From contig JBDTZG010000074.1 in the NCBI GenBank assembly GCA_040005235.1, positions 1-24,068 on the forward strand: DNA of 24,068 nt, read 5' to 3'. The translations under genes and the position numbers were made by a program. Shown piece after piece: positions 5,712 to 14,663 of this stretch (its first letter is position 1; every line of letters starts with the position of its first letter). A model generated the notes under the pieces. That model saw only the letters and a program-made list of their open reading frames with translations. It had not been told where the DNA came from and searched no databases. The stretch is from Acidobacteriota bacterium. Its GTDB lineage: Bacteria > Acidobacteriota > Thermoanaerobaculia > Multivoradales > UBA5704.

Positions 5712-6368
5712 CTACGAGCCGTTCCACAGCTCCAGCGTGTCGCGCTGTTCGCGCAGCAGCACTCGCTCGCCTCCCGAGATCAGATAGCCGAGATCGCGGT
5801 AGCGGGCGAGCAGGCGCCGGCCGGTCGGGCTCGACGCCAGCACGACCCGGTGCGGCGCGCGCTCCCGGATGCCCTCTTCCACCCACAGGTTGTCGTCGTT
5901 CCAGACGAACTTCCGGCCGGCGACCTCGCTGGTCGTCGGCGGCTGAAACAGGAATCCTGGGTTGGTGACGCTCACCACCTCGTGCCGGGCCTTGAGCGCG
6001 AGCGCCCGGTCTCGGGCAACAGAGTATTCGCGCACTACTCCCACCGTCATCAGCATCAAGGCCGCCGTGGCGAGCGTCGCGAGACCGCCCCAACCGCTTG
6101 CGAGACGGGAAAAGAGCGAACGGCGGGGCGCGACCTTGGCCGCCTCCACGAGGACGTCCCAGCGCACCCGTTGCGCCAGGTCGGCGGGCGGCGCGGAACG
6201 CCGCACCCGGGAAAGGAGGTCAACCGTGCCGCGCAGGCGGTCCAACTGCGCCCGGCAGTCGGTACAGGTTTCGAGATGCAAGTCGAGCCGCCGCCGCTCG
6301 GGCTGCGACAGCTCGCGATCGAGATACGCCGAGGCCAGCTCGAACGTGAGATGAAAGGGACGATTCAT
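5712..6368 (-). CDS. Zinc-finger (zf-HC2) membrane anti-sigma factor, 218 aa
   Basis: SAYLDRELS...HLETCTDC (HxxxCxxC), one TM helix; ATG 6368 overlaps the sigma stop codon. Confidence 0.88.
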   Translation of the reverse strand: MNRPFHLTFELASAYLDRELSQPERRRLDLHLETCTDCRAQLDRLRGTVDLLSRVRRSAPPADLAQRVRWDVLVEAAKVAPRRSLFSRLASGWGGLATLATAALMLMTVGVVREYSVARDRALALKARHEVVSVTNPGFLFQPPTTSEVAGRKFVWNDDNLWVEEGIRERAPHRVVLASSPTGRRLLARYRDLGYLISGGERVLLREQRDTLELWNGS

Positions 6369-6955
6369 GATCCGCTCTCCAGCAAGTCGCGCAGCCGTTC
6401 CCGCCCGCGCGCGATCCGCGAGCGCACGGTGCCGATCGGCACGCTGAGCGCGGCGGAGATTTCTTCGTAAGCGAGGCCTTCGAGGTCGCGCAACATGACC
6501 GCCTCGCGGAATTCGATCGGCAATTGAGCGAGCGCCTCGCTCACCCGACGGCTGTCGTCGGAAGCGACCGCCAGATCCTCCGGTCCGCGCCCCAGATCGG
6601 GCAGCGGCTCGGCCGTTTCCTCTCCCTCTTCGAACAGACGGCGGAACGACCAGCGGTTGCCGCCGCTCAACCGGCCGCGGCAATGGTTGAGGGCGATCCG
6701 GTAGACCCAGGTGCGCAGGGCGGAGCGTCCGCGGAACCCCCCGAGGTGGCGATAGATGCGCAGGAAGACCTCTTGCGACAGGTCGGCGGCCCGGTCCGGG
6801 TCGCCCGCCAGGCGGAGCGTTACGTTCCAGACCATTTCGGCAAACTGGGAGTAGACCTCGTCGAAGGCCGAGCGGTCGCCGGCCCGATGCCGCTCGACCA
6901 GATCGAGCTCGGCATCCCGAACCGCGGTGGAGGTGGAGATCATCGCAATGCTCAC
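6365..6955 (-). CDS. ECF RNA polymerase sigma-70 factor (RpoE/SigW-like)
   Basis: Region 2 DLSQEVFLRIY...FRGRSALRTWVYRIALN; region 4 LRDLEGLAYEEIS...GTVRSRIARGR. Confidence 0.95.
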   Translation of the reverse strand: MSIAMISTSTAVRDAELDLVERHRAGDRSAFDEVYSQFAEMVWNVTLRLAGDPDRAADLSQEVFLRIYRHLGGFRGRSALRTWVYRIALNHCRGRLSGGNRWSFRRLFEEGEETAEPLPDLGRGPEDLAVASDDSRRVSEALAQLPIEFREAVMLRDLEGLAYEEISAALSVPIGTVRSRIARGRERLRDLLESGS

Positions 6956-7006
6956 CGGGCCCTCCCCGGCCCCGATCCTGCTACGACCCGGGGCCTCATC
7001 GAGAGC

Positions 7007-7035
7007 TTAGACCCATCCGGGGAGGATTTGGTTCC
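7007..7035 (-). promoter_or_regulatory. SigmaE-type promoter GGAACCA-16 nt-GTCTAA upstream of the ECF gene
   Basis: Matches the RpoE/AlgU-like GGAACTT-N16-GTCnAA architecture; ECF genes are commonly autoregulated. Confidence 0.6.
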
Positions 7036-7043
7036 CTTAGAAG

Positions 7044-8684
7044 CTACGGCTTCCGGAGCCGACGGATCAGGCCGCTCATCTGCGGGACGCCGAAGAGGAG
7101 CGCTACGACCAGGTACATCGTGCCGAACGTGCCCGCCGCAAGCCCGGCGAGGACAATCGAGCCGAGGCGGCCCGCTGGGGCGAGGTGAGCAAACGTCGGG
7201 CGCAGCGCAAAGGCCGACGCTCCGGCGATCGACGCCGAGCTCCAGAGGCGGACTTGGAGCGACCCCGAGAGCGCCACCCGGCCGATCCGCGCGCCGAGCT
7301 TTCGACGCAGCAGCAGGAGCTCGATCCACGCGGCGATCCCCGCCGAAGCGGTCAAACCCACGGCGCCGAGCGCGAGTGCCCCGCCGCTCACCGCCGGGAT
7401 CGGCAACCCCACCTTGACGATCGCCGCCACGAACAGCGGCCGGAGCGGAAAGGCGAACAGCACGCCGAGCACGGCGGTCAGCGTCACGCGGATCACCGCG
7501 ATCCGGAACGGCGTCCGCGGATCGCCGAGAGCATAGAAGGTCGAGGAATATAGCCGCCCCAGGCAGGCGGCGAGCAAACCGACCGTCGAGCCGGCGAGCA
7601 CGTACGCCACGAACTGCGAATCGGCCACGGTGAATTTGCCCGACTGAAACAGGGCGGTGATCAATAGATCGCCGAGCAGCAGGAAGGCGATCACCGTCGG
7701 CACGACGAAGAACGCCACCCGGCCCAGCCCGATTTCCAACTTCTCCCGGAGCGTTCGGGCGATCTCCTCTGCGGTTCCGGCGCTTCCCGCCACCCCTGAC
7801 ATGTTCGGCAGCTCGGCCGCCGCGATCGACATTCCGAACAGGCTGATCGGCAGCAGGTAGAGCGTCTGGGCAAAGCTCAACCCCGCCACCGCCGCGGTGC
7901 CCAAAAAGCTTGCGAGCATGCTGTCCACGTACGCCGATAGCTGCACCACGCCGCGCCCGGCAGCCACCGGCCCGAGGTTTTTGAACACGGTGCGCACGGG
8001 GGCCAAGCTGAGGTTAAGCGCGAAGCGGATCTCGCGATCGTGCCGGAACACGAACGGCAGCTGAAGCAGCAGCTGAAGCAGCGCCCCGACCACCATGCCC
8101 CAAGCGAGCAGCACGGCCAGCTCTCCGCCGCTCCGCCGGCCGCCGAAAATCAACAGGGTGGCGATCATCGCCGCGTTCCATACCACCGGGGCGACGTAGG
8201 AGAGGAAGAACTTCCGGTGGCTATTGAGGATGCCCAAGCACCAGGCGGAGAGCACCAGTAGCCCTGTGCCGGGAAACAAAATCCGCACGATGTCGATCGT
8301 CAAAGCACGAGCCGACCCTTCGAACCCCGGCGCCACCAGATCGACCATCCAAGGGGTCGCGAGCGCCCCAAGGGTCGAGAGCACCCCGACCAACAGAGCG
8401 AGCAAAGCCCCCACCACCCCGGCCACCCGGCCCGCCAGCTCCGCCTTCCCCTCCGCCTGAAGGCGGGCGTAGACCGGGATGAACGAAGCCGAAAGCACCC
8501 CTTCGCCGAGGAGATTCTGAAGCAGGTTGGGAATCCGCAGAGCCGCTTTAAAGGCCCCCGAAGCCGGCGACGTGCCGAGAAAATGGGCGTACACCTGCTC
8601 GCGCACCAGCCCGGCGATCCGCGACAGCAGAATGCCGGAAGCGACGAGCAGGGAATGGAAACCTGTGGATCGGGTGCGGGTCAC
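7044..8684 (-). CDS. murJ: Lipid II flippase MurJ (MviN)
   Basis: SRIAGLVRE, RIPNLLQNLLGEGVLSASFIPVY, LYLLPISLFG, FYALGDPRTP; the ORF-track extension to 9014 is non-homologous, so GTG 8684 is preferred. Confidence 0.93.
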   Translation of the reverse strand: MTRTRSTGFHSLLVASGILLSRIAGLVREQVYAHFLGTSPASGAFKAALRIPNLLQNLLGEGVLSASFIPVYARLQAEGKAELAGRVAGVVGALLALLVGVLSTLGALATPWMVDLVAPGFEGSARALTIDIVRILFPGTGLLVLSAWCLGILNSHRKFFLSYVAPVVWNAAMIATLLIFGGRRSGGELAVLLAWGMVVGALLQLLLQLPFVFRHDREIRFALNLSLAPVRTVFKNLGPVAAGRGVVQLSAYVDSMLASFLGTAAVAGLSFAQTLYLLPISLFGMSIAAAELPNMSGVAGSAGTAEEIARTLREKLEIGLGRVAFFVVPTVIAFLLLGDLLITALFQSGKFTVADSQFVAYVLAGSTVGLLAACLGRLYSSTFYALGDPRTPFRIAVIRVTLTAVLGVLFAFPLRPLFVAAIVKVGLPIPAVSGGALALGAVGLTASAGIAAWIELLLLRRKLGARIGRVALSGSLQVRLWSSASIAGASAFALRPTFAHLAPAGRLGSIVLAGLAAGTFGTMYLVVALLFGVPQMSGLIRRLRKP

Positions 8685-9047
8685 GAGGCGAGGATCTCGC
8701 GCCGATCGTATCGGAGCCCGGGCCTCCGATGTGCGAGCGCGAACAATCCGCCGAGCGCCAAGAGCGCGAGGGCACAGAGCGTCACGCCGATTTCGAGCCC
8801 CGGCGGCCGGTAGACCAGGCGAATCTTCTCGACCCCGGCGGGTACCCTGACGCCGAGGTAGGCGCCATTGACGGTGAGCGTGCGCAGGCGGGTACCCGAA
8901 CCGAACGCCCGCCACCCCGCCGGGCCGGGAAGCGACGTGGCGAGCAGGCGATCCTCTCGGGCGGGAGCGATTCGCCTCTTCGGGACGGACCGCCACGCGG
9001 CGCGGGTTCCTCATCCCGGCGATCCAGGCGGCGAGATCCTGGGCCGC
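8681..9047 (-). pseudogene. Truncated, frameshifted C-terminal remnant of a YfhO-family membrane protein
   Basis: Frame ending at TGA 8681 reads LLATSLPGPAGWRAFGSGTRLRTLTVNGAYLGVRVPAGVEKIRLVYRPPGLEIGVTLCALALL; upstream in-frame stop at 9011-9013 and no start codon ahead of the domain. Confidence 0.7.
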
Positions 9048-9124
9048 CTTCCTTCGATGAAAGGTTTAGGCCTGAAAGGCCATCTCAAGTTATCCCAGCC
9101 TGAAGGCCCGGGTTAATCGAAAGC

Positions 9125-10090
9125 CTACTCCGGCGCAGGCTCCTCGCTTTGCTTTGGCTGCCGCTCTTGCTGCTGTTTCGCCTGCAGCTCCGCGTATCGG
9201 TCGATCTCGCCCAGCACGTAGCGCCCGACCAGGAAAGCTACGATCAGGGCGGCGGCCGCGGCGAGTGCCAAGCGGAGCCGGCGGCCCGGTTTCTCTCCGC
9301 CTTCGATCCATGGCTTCGGCAGGTTGGCGGTGGCGGAACGCAGCGAACGGGCGGCGCGAATCCAAGCGCGATGCTCGCGGCGAAGGTAGCGCGGCAAGAT
9401 GGCCGCGTCGGTTTTGACCTCGGCGAGGATCTGCTGGGCTTCGTCCTTCTCGCCACGGGCCAGCAGCAAGCGGGCGAGACGGACCTGGCCCTCGATGATC
9501 GTCCGGCGCGCCAGGACCTGCCGCAGCACCTGCTCGGCGCGTTCTTTCTCACCGCTTTCGTCGAGGCTGCGGCCGAGCTGCATCAAGGCGCGGCCCAAAT
9601 AGGCGTCCGGCTCCTGCCGCACCAGCTCGTCGAGCGGCGGCACGGCCTCGGGGTACCGGCCGAGCATCTGGTAGGCCTGGGCGAGGCCGAAGTTGACGTC
9701 CTCGATCGCCGCGCCGGTCTTTTGCGCCTCCAGGAAGTGCTGGAGGGCCTCGTCGTATTTGCCCAAGACGAGCAGCTCGTCGCCTTTTTCGGCCAGGACC
9801 GCCGGACCGCGCCAATGGGTGAGTTGGACGTTGAGCTCGCGGATGCGCCGCCGCGCCTGGAGCCGGCGCGCGGTAGACGGTGAAAGCGACCGGCCCCGGC
9901 CGCCGAGCCAGCCGCTCCGGACGACGACGAAATAGGCCACGGCCCCGAGCCCGGGAAACATCAGGATGATCCAGATCCAATACCAGCTCGCGCCGACCCG
10001 GACGACGTCGACGATCGCCACCAGATTGAGAATCCAGGGCAGATAGCCGAACACGCCGAGGCTGGACAAAGCGAACAATAGTTGACCCAT
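9125..10090 (-). CDS. Membrane-anchored tetratricopeptide repeat protein
   Basis: N-terminal TM hairpin (WIWIILMFPGLGAVAYF), TPR helices (LAQAYQMLGRYPEAV, LGRSLDESGEKERAE), C-terminal TM. Confidence 0.85.
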   Translation of the reverse strand: MGQLLFALSSLGVFGYLPWILNLVAIVDVVRVGASWYWIWIILMFPGLGAVAYFVVVRSGWLGGRGRSLSPSTARRLQARRRIRELNVQLTHWRGPAVLAEKGDELLVLGKYDEALQHFLEAQKTGAAIEDVNFGLAQAYQMLGRYPEAVPPLDELVRQEPDAYLGRALMQLGRSLDESGEKERAEQVLRQVLARRTIIEGQVRLARLLLARGEKDEAQQILAEVKTDAAILPRYLRREHRAWIRAARSLRSATANLPKPWIEGGEKPGRRLRLALAAAAALIVAFLVGRYVLGEIDRYAELQAKQQQERQPKQSEEPAPE

Positions 10091-10134
10091 GAAGGCCCCC
10101 GGGATGATGATTCGATTCTATCATCCCGCAACCC

Positions 10135-11847
10135 ATGGAAATCCCGCCTGAAGCGCCACCGCCCGCCTGGCGCTCGGCACTGCGCCGCTTCGGGTCGGGA
10201 CTCGACAGCGATGGCGCGCTCTACCTGGGTCTACTCTTTCTGGTCTGGGGCTTGACGGTATGGAAGCGGGGCCTTTGGCAGGACGACACGCTGCTGCTCC
10301 GCCTGGCGCGCGATTTTCAAGGTCATGGCTGGGCCGCCGCGTTCACTCCGGTGGCCACCCCTCTTCGGCGCCTGTACTCCCTACCATTCCTTTTCGCCCT
10401 AAGAACGCCGCAACCGGTCTGGACCCTGCACCTGCTCTACGGGCTGACCTGGCTCGGCCAAGCTCTCGCAGCCGGCTGGATCGTCCGCCTGCTGCTCCCC
10501 GGGCAACAACTCGCGCGGTTCCTCGCGATCTGCCTCACGCTCACGGCGACCAGCGACTACCTGACCGACAACCTGACAGCGCTCGGCTACAACATCGCCG
10601 CCCTCGCTCTTCTCCTGGCCGTCGGCTGTGCCCTTTACTACTTGGAGTGCGGCAAGATCGGCTGGCTCGCGCTCTCCTCGGCGGCCCTTCTGATCAGCGT
10701 CTGGACCCTCGACGTCGCGATCCCGGCCCTGCCTTTCTTGCCGCTCGCCCTGCTCTTGCCCGCCGGCCCGAGCGCCTGGCGGCGACGGCTGTACTTCGTC
10801 TTGGCGTGGGCCGTATCTCTCGCACCGACGGCGCGGGCCGAATGGCGATTCCTTCATCTCAAGGTCGGTTACGGCGCGATCGCGATGAAGTCGATTCCGC
10901 TGGCGGAACGGCTCGCCCGGACCGGACAACTTTGGTTCGAAAACTTCGAGCCCTGGCGTTGGGCTTTCGCGCGCCCCCTCTGGTACCCCAGGCCGCCCAC
11001 GGCGATTCCCCTCTGGGCAATCGCCCTCGCCGCAGGAATCGGAGCGGCGGGTTTTGCCTGGCGGGTGTCGCGGCCTCGAACGGAGGCTCCCTCGGAGGCC
11101 TCCCCCGCCGCCCTCTCGCTTGTAGGCGTATTCGTCCTGATGGCGTTGGCTGCGAATGCGGCGTATGCCGGCCTTCAGATGGCTGAAATCCACTATCGAA
11201 CCCATATCCTCTCGCGCACTTGGGGCTCGCTCGCGATCGCCGTCGTCGTGGGCTGGGCGATTCAATCGTGGCCACGTTTTCGGATCGGATTCCTGCTCGT
11301 GCCACTCGGCTTCGTCGGCCTCGGAGTCTGGGGAGGAATGGAGCGCCAGGATCTGTGGGTTTCCACCTGGCGGCAACACCAGGTCGAGCTTCTCTCGATC
11401 GTCCTCGCGGCCCCGGCGCTCGAACCCGGCACCTCCGTCATCCTGCGCAGCGGGGGGACGCCCGAACGCTATCTCGCGACCGAAGCCGGATATCTCGCGG
11501 AAAGCTGGCTCATCCTGCTCTATGACGATCCCGCCATCCACCTCCTGCGCCTCACCCCGGACCGCGGAACCGGCTGCCTCGCCGGACAGGAGGGGCTCGA
11601 ATGTTGGCGCGAGCAGAAGGAGGCCTGTTTCGCGGCGGGAACCTGCGCCCCGGATCGTTATCCCTACGATAAGGTGGTGATCCTGGATTTCGATCTCCAT
11701 GAGGGAATCTATCGATTGCTCGCCGACTCGCACGACGACCCTTTGCTCGGCAACATCGCGGAAGCCGCGAGCCGGTACCGTCCCGAAAAGCGGATCGTCA
11801 GGCGGCCCCTCTCGCCCCGGCAGCGGGTCTTGGTGCTGCTGCAATGA
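10135..11847 (+). CDS. Polytopic membrane protein, probable GT-C-fold glycosyltransferase
   Basis: About 10-12 hydrophobic segments, GLWQDD acidic motif after the first TM, C-terminal extracytoplasmic domain; coupled to a GT2 gene. Confidence 0.6.
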   Translation: MEIPPEAPPPAWRSALRRFGSGLDSDGALYLGLLFLVWGLTVWKRGLWQDDTLLLRLARDFQGHGWAAAFTPVATPLRRLYSLPFLFALRTPQPVWTLHLLYGLTWLGQALAAGWIVRLLLPGQQLARFLAICLTLTATSDYLTDNLTALGYNIAALALLLAVGCALYYLECGKIGWLALSSAALLISVWTLDVAIPALPFLPLALLLPAGPSAWRRRLYFVLAWAVSLAPTARAEWRFLHLKVGYGAIAMKSIPLAERLARTGQLWFENFEPWRWAFARPLWYPRPPTAIPLWAIALAAGIGAAGFAWRVSRPRTEAPSEASPAALSLVGVFVLMALAANAAYAGLQMAEIHYRTHILSRTWGSLAIAVVVGWAIQSWPRFRIGFLLVPLGFVGLGVWGGMERQDLWVSTWRQHQVELLSIVLAAPALEPGTSVILRSGGTPERYLATEAGYLAESWLILLYDDPAIHLLRLTPDRGTGCLAGQEGLECWREQKEACFAAGTCAPDRYPYDKVVILDFDLHEGIYRLLADSHDDPLLGNIAEAASRYRPEKRIVRRPLSPRQRVLVLLQ

Positions 11848-12596
11848 ATCAACGCGAGGCGAGCGAAACAACGCTTCCCGATCTTTCCGTCGTCGTGCTC
11901 TGTTATCGCTCCGGGATCGACGTACGCGCCCATGCGGAGCGGATCCGCGCGGCGCTTCTTGACAACGGCATCGCCGACTATCAATTGGTGCTGGTCGGAA
12001 ATTTCGTCCCGGGAAGCGACGATGCGACTCCCGACGTCGTGCGGCAACTGGCGGCCGACGATCCTCGGATCCTCTGCTCGGCGGTCGCCAAGAAAGGGAT
12101 GATGGGATGGGACCTGCGAACCGGTTTGGCTCTCGCCACGGGAAAGTGCTTGGCGGTCATCGACGGCGACGGCCAAATTCTGGAGCTGGATCTGGTCCGG
12201 GTCTATCGGCTGCTGCAAGAACGAGATCTCGATCTCGCGAAGACCTATCGCACCCGGCGCGGGGACGGCCCCAAACGCAAGTTGTATTCGCTCGTTTTCA
12301 ACGGATTCTTCCATGTCCTGTTCCCGGGACTTGGCCTCCGGGACGTCAACGCCAAGCCGAAGATCTTGACCCGCGCGGCCTATGAGCGGCTGGCGTTAGA
12401 GGCCGACGATTGGTTCATCGATGCCGAGATGATGATTCAGGCGCGCCGCCTCGGATTTCGCGTCGGCGAGGTGGAAACCGAGTTCCTCGGTCTCACCGGC
12501 CGGCGCTCGTTCATCAACCTGGCGGCGGTCGCCCAGTTTCTGGGCAATCTCGTGCGCTACCGGGTGCTCGAATTCCGGCGCAGGGGCAAGGGATGA
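11844..12596 (+). CDS. Family 2 glycosyltransferase (polyprenol-phosphate sugar synthase, DPM1/GtrB-like)
   Basis: LSVVVLCY, SDDAT, VIDGDGQ (DxD), LRDVNA, WFIDAEM. Confidence 0.9.
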   Translation: MNQREASETTLPDLSVVVLCYRSGIDVRAHAERIRAALLDNGIADYQLVLVGNFVPGSDDATPDVVRQLAADDPRILCSAVAKKGMMGWDLRTGLALATGKCLAVIDGDGQILELDLVRVYRLLQERDLDLAKTYRTRRGDGPKRKLYSLVFNGFFHVLFPGLGLRDVNAKPKILTRAAYERLALEADDWFIDAEMMIQARRLGFRVGEVETEFLGLTGRRSFINLAAVAQFLGNLVRYRVLEFRRRGKG

Positions 12597-13486
12597 GAGT
12601 CCTGGTGACCGGCCCCGGAAAACTGGGCCGGCCCCTGCTCGCCGCGCTGCACCGGCAGGGCGTCACGGGCACGGTGCTACAGCGCAGCCCCGCAGATTCT
12701 TTGCCTCCCGGCTGGCGGTCCGTGAGCGCCGATTTGACCCAGCCGGAATCCCTACTTGGCGCGGCGGAGAACTGCGATCAGGTCCTCCACCTGGCTGCCG
12801 TCACCCACTCCAACCGGATCGATCGGTACGAAGAGGTCAACGCCTCCGGCACGGGGAATCTGATCGCGGAAGCCCGGCGAGCCGGAGTCCCCCGGTTCAC
12901 CCTCGTCAGCACCCGCGCGATCTCTCTGGAAGGCGGCGCCTACAGCCGCTCCAAGATCCACGCCGAAGAGAGGGTCCGGCAATCGGGTTTGGCCTGGAAC
13001 ATCCTGCGGCCCGCGGAGGTCTATGGCGCGGGAGGCGAAGGGATCTCGGCGCTGATCGAGCGCTGTCGTACCGGCCGCTGGGTTCCGATCGTGGGCGACG
13101 GCGGCGCGCGCCTCGCGCCGATTTTTCTCGATGACGTGGTCGAGGGCATTCTCCGCGCGGTCCGCGCCCCGGACTGCGGCGCCGTGCTCGATCTCGCGGG
13201 CCCCGAAGAGATGACGCAGCTGGAGCTGACCGGTCGCCTGGCGGCCTATTTCGGGACCAAGCCCTTCACCGTTCGCGTTCCGGCCGGCCTGCTCGAATTC
13301 GCGGCTCGCGCTTTTGCAGTCCTGCCGCTTCAGAAACCGCCGATCTATGTCGACCAGGTGGCGCGCCTGTTGAGCCCCAAGAGCCACGACATAGAAGGCG
13401 CGTTCCGCCGGCTCGCGTTTCGGGCGCGTCCGTTGGAGGAGGGGCTGGACGCTCTTTTTGGCTTCAGCTTGAGGAAATCAGCTTGA
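12593..13486 (+). CDS. NAD-dependent epimerase/dehydratase (extended SDR)
   Basis: MRVLVTGPGKLG, VLHLAA, YSRSK (YxxxK), LRPAEVYG; ATG 12593 overlaps the upstream TGA. Confidence 0.9.
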   Translation: MRVLVTGPGKLGRPLLAALHRQGVTGTVLQRSPADSLPPGWRSVSADLTQPESLLGAAENCDQVLHLAAVTHSNRIDRYEEVNASGTGNLIAEARRAGVPRFTLVSTRAISLEGGAYSRSKIHAEERVRQSGLAWNILRPAEVYGAGGEGISALIERCRTGRWVPIVGDGGARLAPIFLDDVVEGILRAVRAPDCGAVLDLAGPEEMTQLELTGRLAAYFGTKPFTVRVPAGLLEFAARAFAVLPLQKPPIYVDQVARLLSPKSHDIEGAFRRLAFRARPLEEGLDALFGFSLRKSA

Positions 13487-14148
13487 ACTTCGACGAGCAC
13501 AGCGCCGACTATTCGCGCCAGGTGGACGGGGCTCTCGCGGTGGCCGGGCTTTCGCATGACTTCTTCTTCGAGGCCAAGGTGCGGCATATCCTGGAAGTCA
13601 GGCGCCGGCTCCCCGAGAAAACGGTCCGGGTACTCGAGATCGGTTCCGGCATCGGGCTGCTGCAACAGAGGCTGCGTCCCCTGCTCTCCCACGTCTGGGG
13701 CATCGACCCTTCGATCGCCAGTCTCGCCGCGGCGCCGGGAGAGCGAGGGATCGCCGGCGACGGCCTCCGGCTGCCGTTCGCGCAGGAGAGCTTCCACCTG
13801 GTCATAGCGGTATGCGTCCTTCACCATGTGACGCCCGACCTGCGCGCGGCGTTCCTGGCGGAGGCGGCGCGGGTGGTCCGGCCCGGCGGCATCCTCTTGA
13901 TCTGCGAGCACAACCCGTGGAATCCCCTCACGCGTCTCGTGGTCAATCGCTGCGAATTCGATCGCGATGCGGTGTTGATTTCGCTGGCTGAATCGAAACG
14001 CCGCCTGGCAGCGGCCGGTTTCGCCAGGATCGAGTCGCGCTACATTCACTTCTTCCCTTGGCGCGGTGCGTCCTGGCAGCGGCTGGAGCGGCTGCTGGGG
14101 CCGATTCCGCTCGGCGGCCAGTACGTGGTCGACGCCTCGCGGACTTGA
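13483..14148 (+). CDS. Class I SAM-dependent methyltransferase
   Basis: VLEIGSGIG, LPFAQESF, VLHH, RVVRPGG, EHNPWNP; TTG start overlapping the upstream stop. Confidence 0.9.
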   Translation: MNFDEHSADYSRQVDGALAVAGLSHDFFFEAKVRHILEVRRRLPEKTVRVLEIGSGIGLLQQRLRPLLSHVWGIDPSIASLAAAPGERGIAGDGLRLPFAQESFHLVIAVCVLHHVTPDLRAAFLAEAARVVRPGGILLICEHNPWNPLTRLVVNRCEFDRDAVLISLAESKRRLAAAGFARIESRYIHFFPWRGASWQRLERLLGPIPLGGQYVVDASRT

Positions 14149-14169
14149 GCGCCGATATACACTGGACGC

Positions 14170-14610
14170 ATGCCCGCCGTCGAAGCTCAAGGCGCTTCCG
14201 CCGAGGCGGAAGCTCTCTCCCCCGCCCCGCTCCGCCCGATCGGTCTTTGGCTTCTCACGGTGGTGCTGCTCGCGAGCCCGCTGATTCATGGGGTCGCTCT
14301 TCTACTAGGCCGGCACTGGCTCAACTACGGCAGCCAGCGAGCGTGGGACGGCTTCGTTTACTTTCTGATCGCGCCGATCGTCGGCACGCTGATGCTGCGC
14401 CGCCACGAGCGGGCGCGGTTTTCGGCGTACGTCTTCTTGTCGTGCGAGATCCTACGGGCGGTGCGCATCCATTCGCCGACGCTCGGGGTGCTTGCGCTCG
14501 GCGCGATCGTCTACTTACAGCTCCGGGCCGCTCGCCGCTACCACCCAATGGTCGATCCCCGGCGGGTTCTGGAGAGGATTCGGCTCCGCCGCCCCCCGAC
14601 CGCCGAGTGA
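14170..14610 (+). CDS. Small integral membrane protein
   Basis: Four hydrophobic segments; TACACT 6 nt before the ATG. Confidence 0.65.
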   Translation: MPAVEAQGASAEAEALSPAPLRPIGLWLLTVVLLASPLIHGVALLLGRHWLNYGSQRAWDGFVYFLIAPIVGTLMLRRHERARFSAYVFLSCEILRAVRIHSPTLGVLALGAIVYLQLRAARRYHPMVDPRRVLERIRLRRPPTAE

Positions 14611-14663
14611 AGCTCTCGGACGGCCGGAGGGACTTTGAACGTCGGTTGGTTACTTCGCGCCGA

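Noticed and set aside
8685-9014. 110-aa N-terminal extension of MurJ in the ORF track
   Set aside because: Arg/Pro-rich shadow translation over the YfhO remnant.
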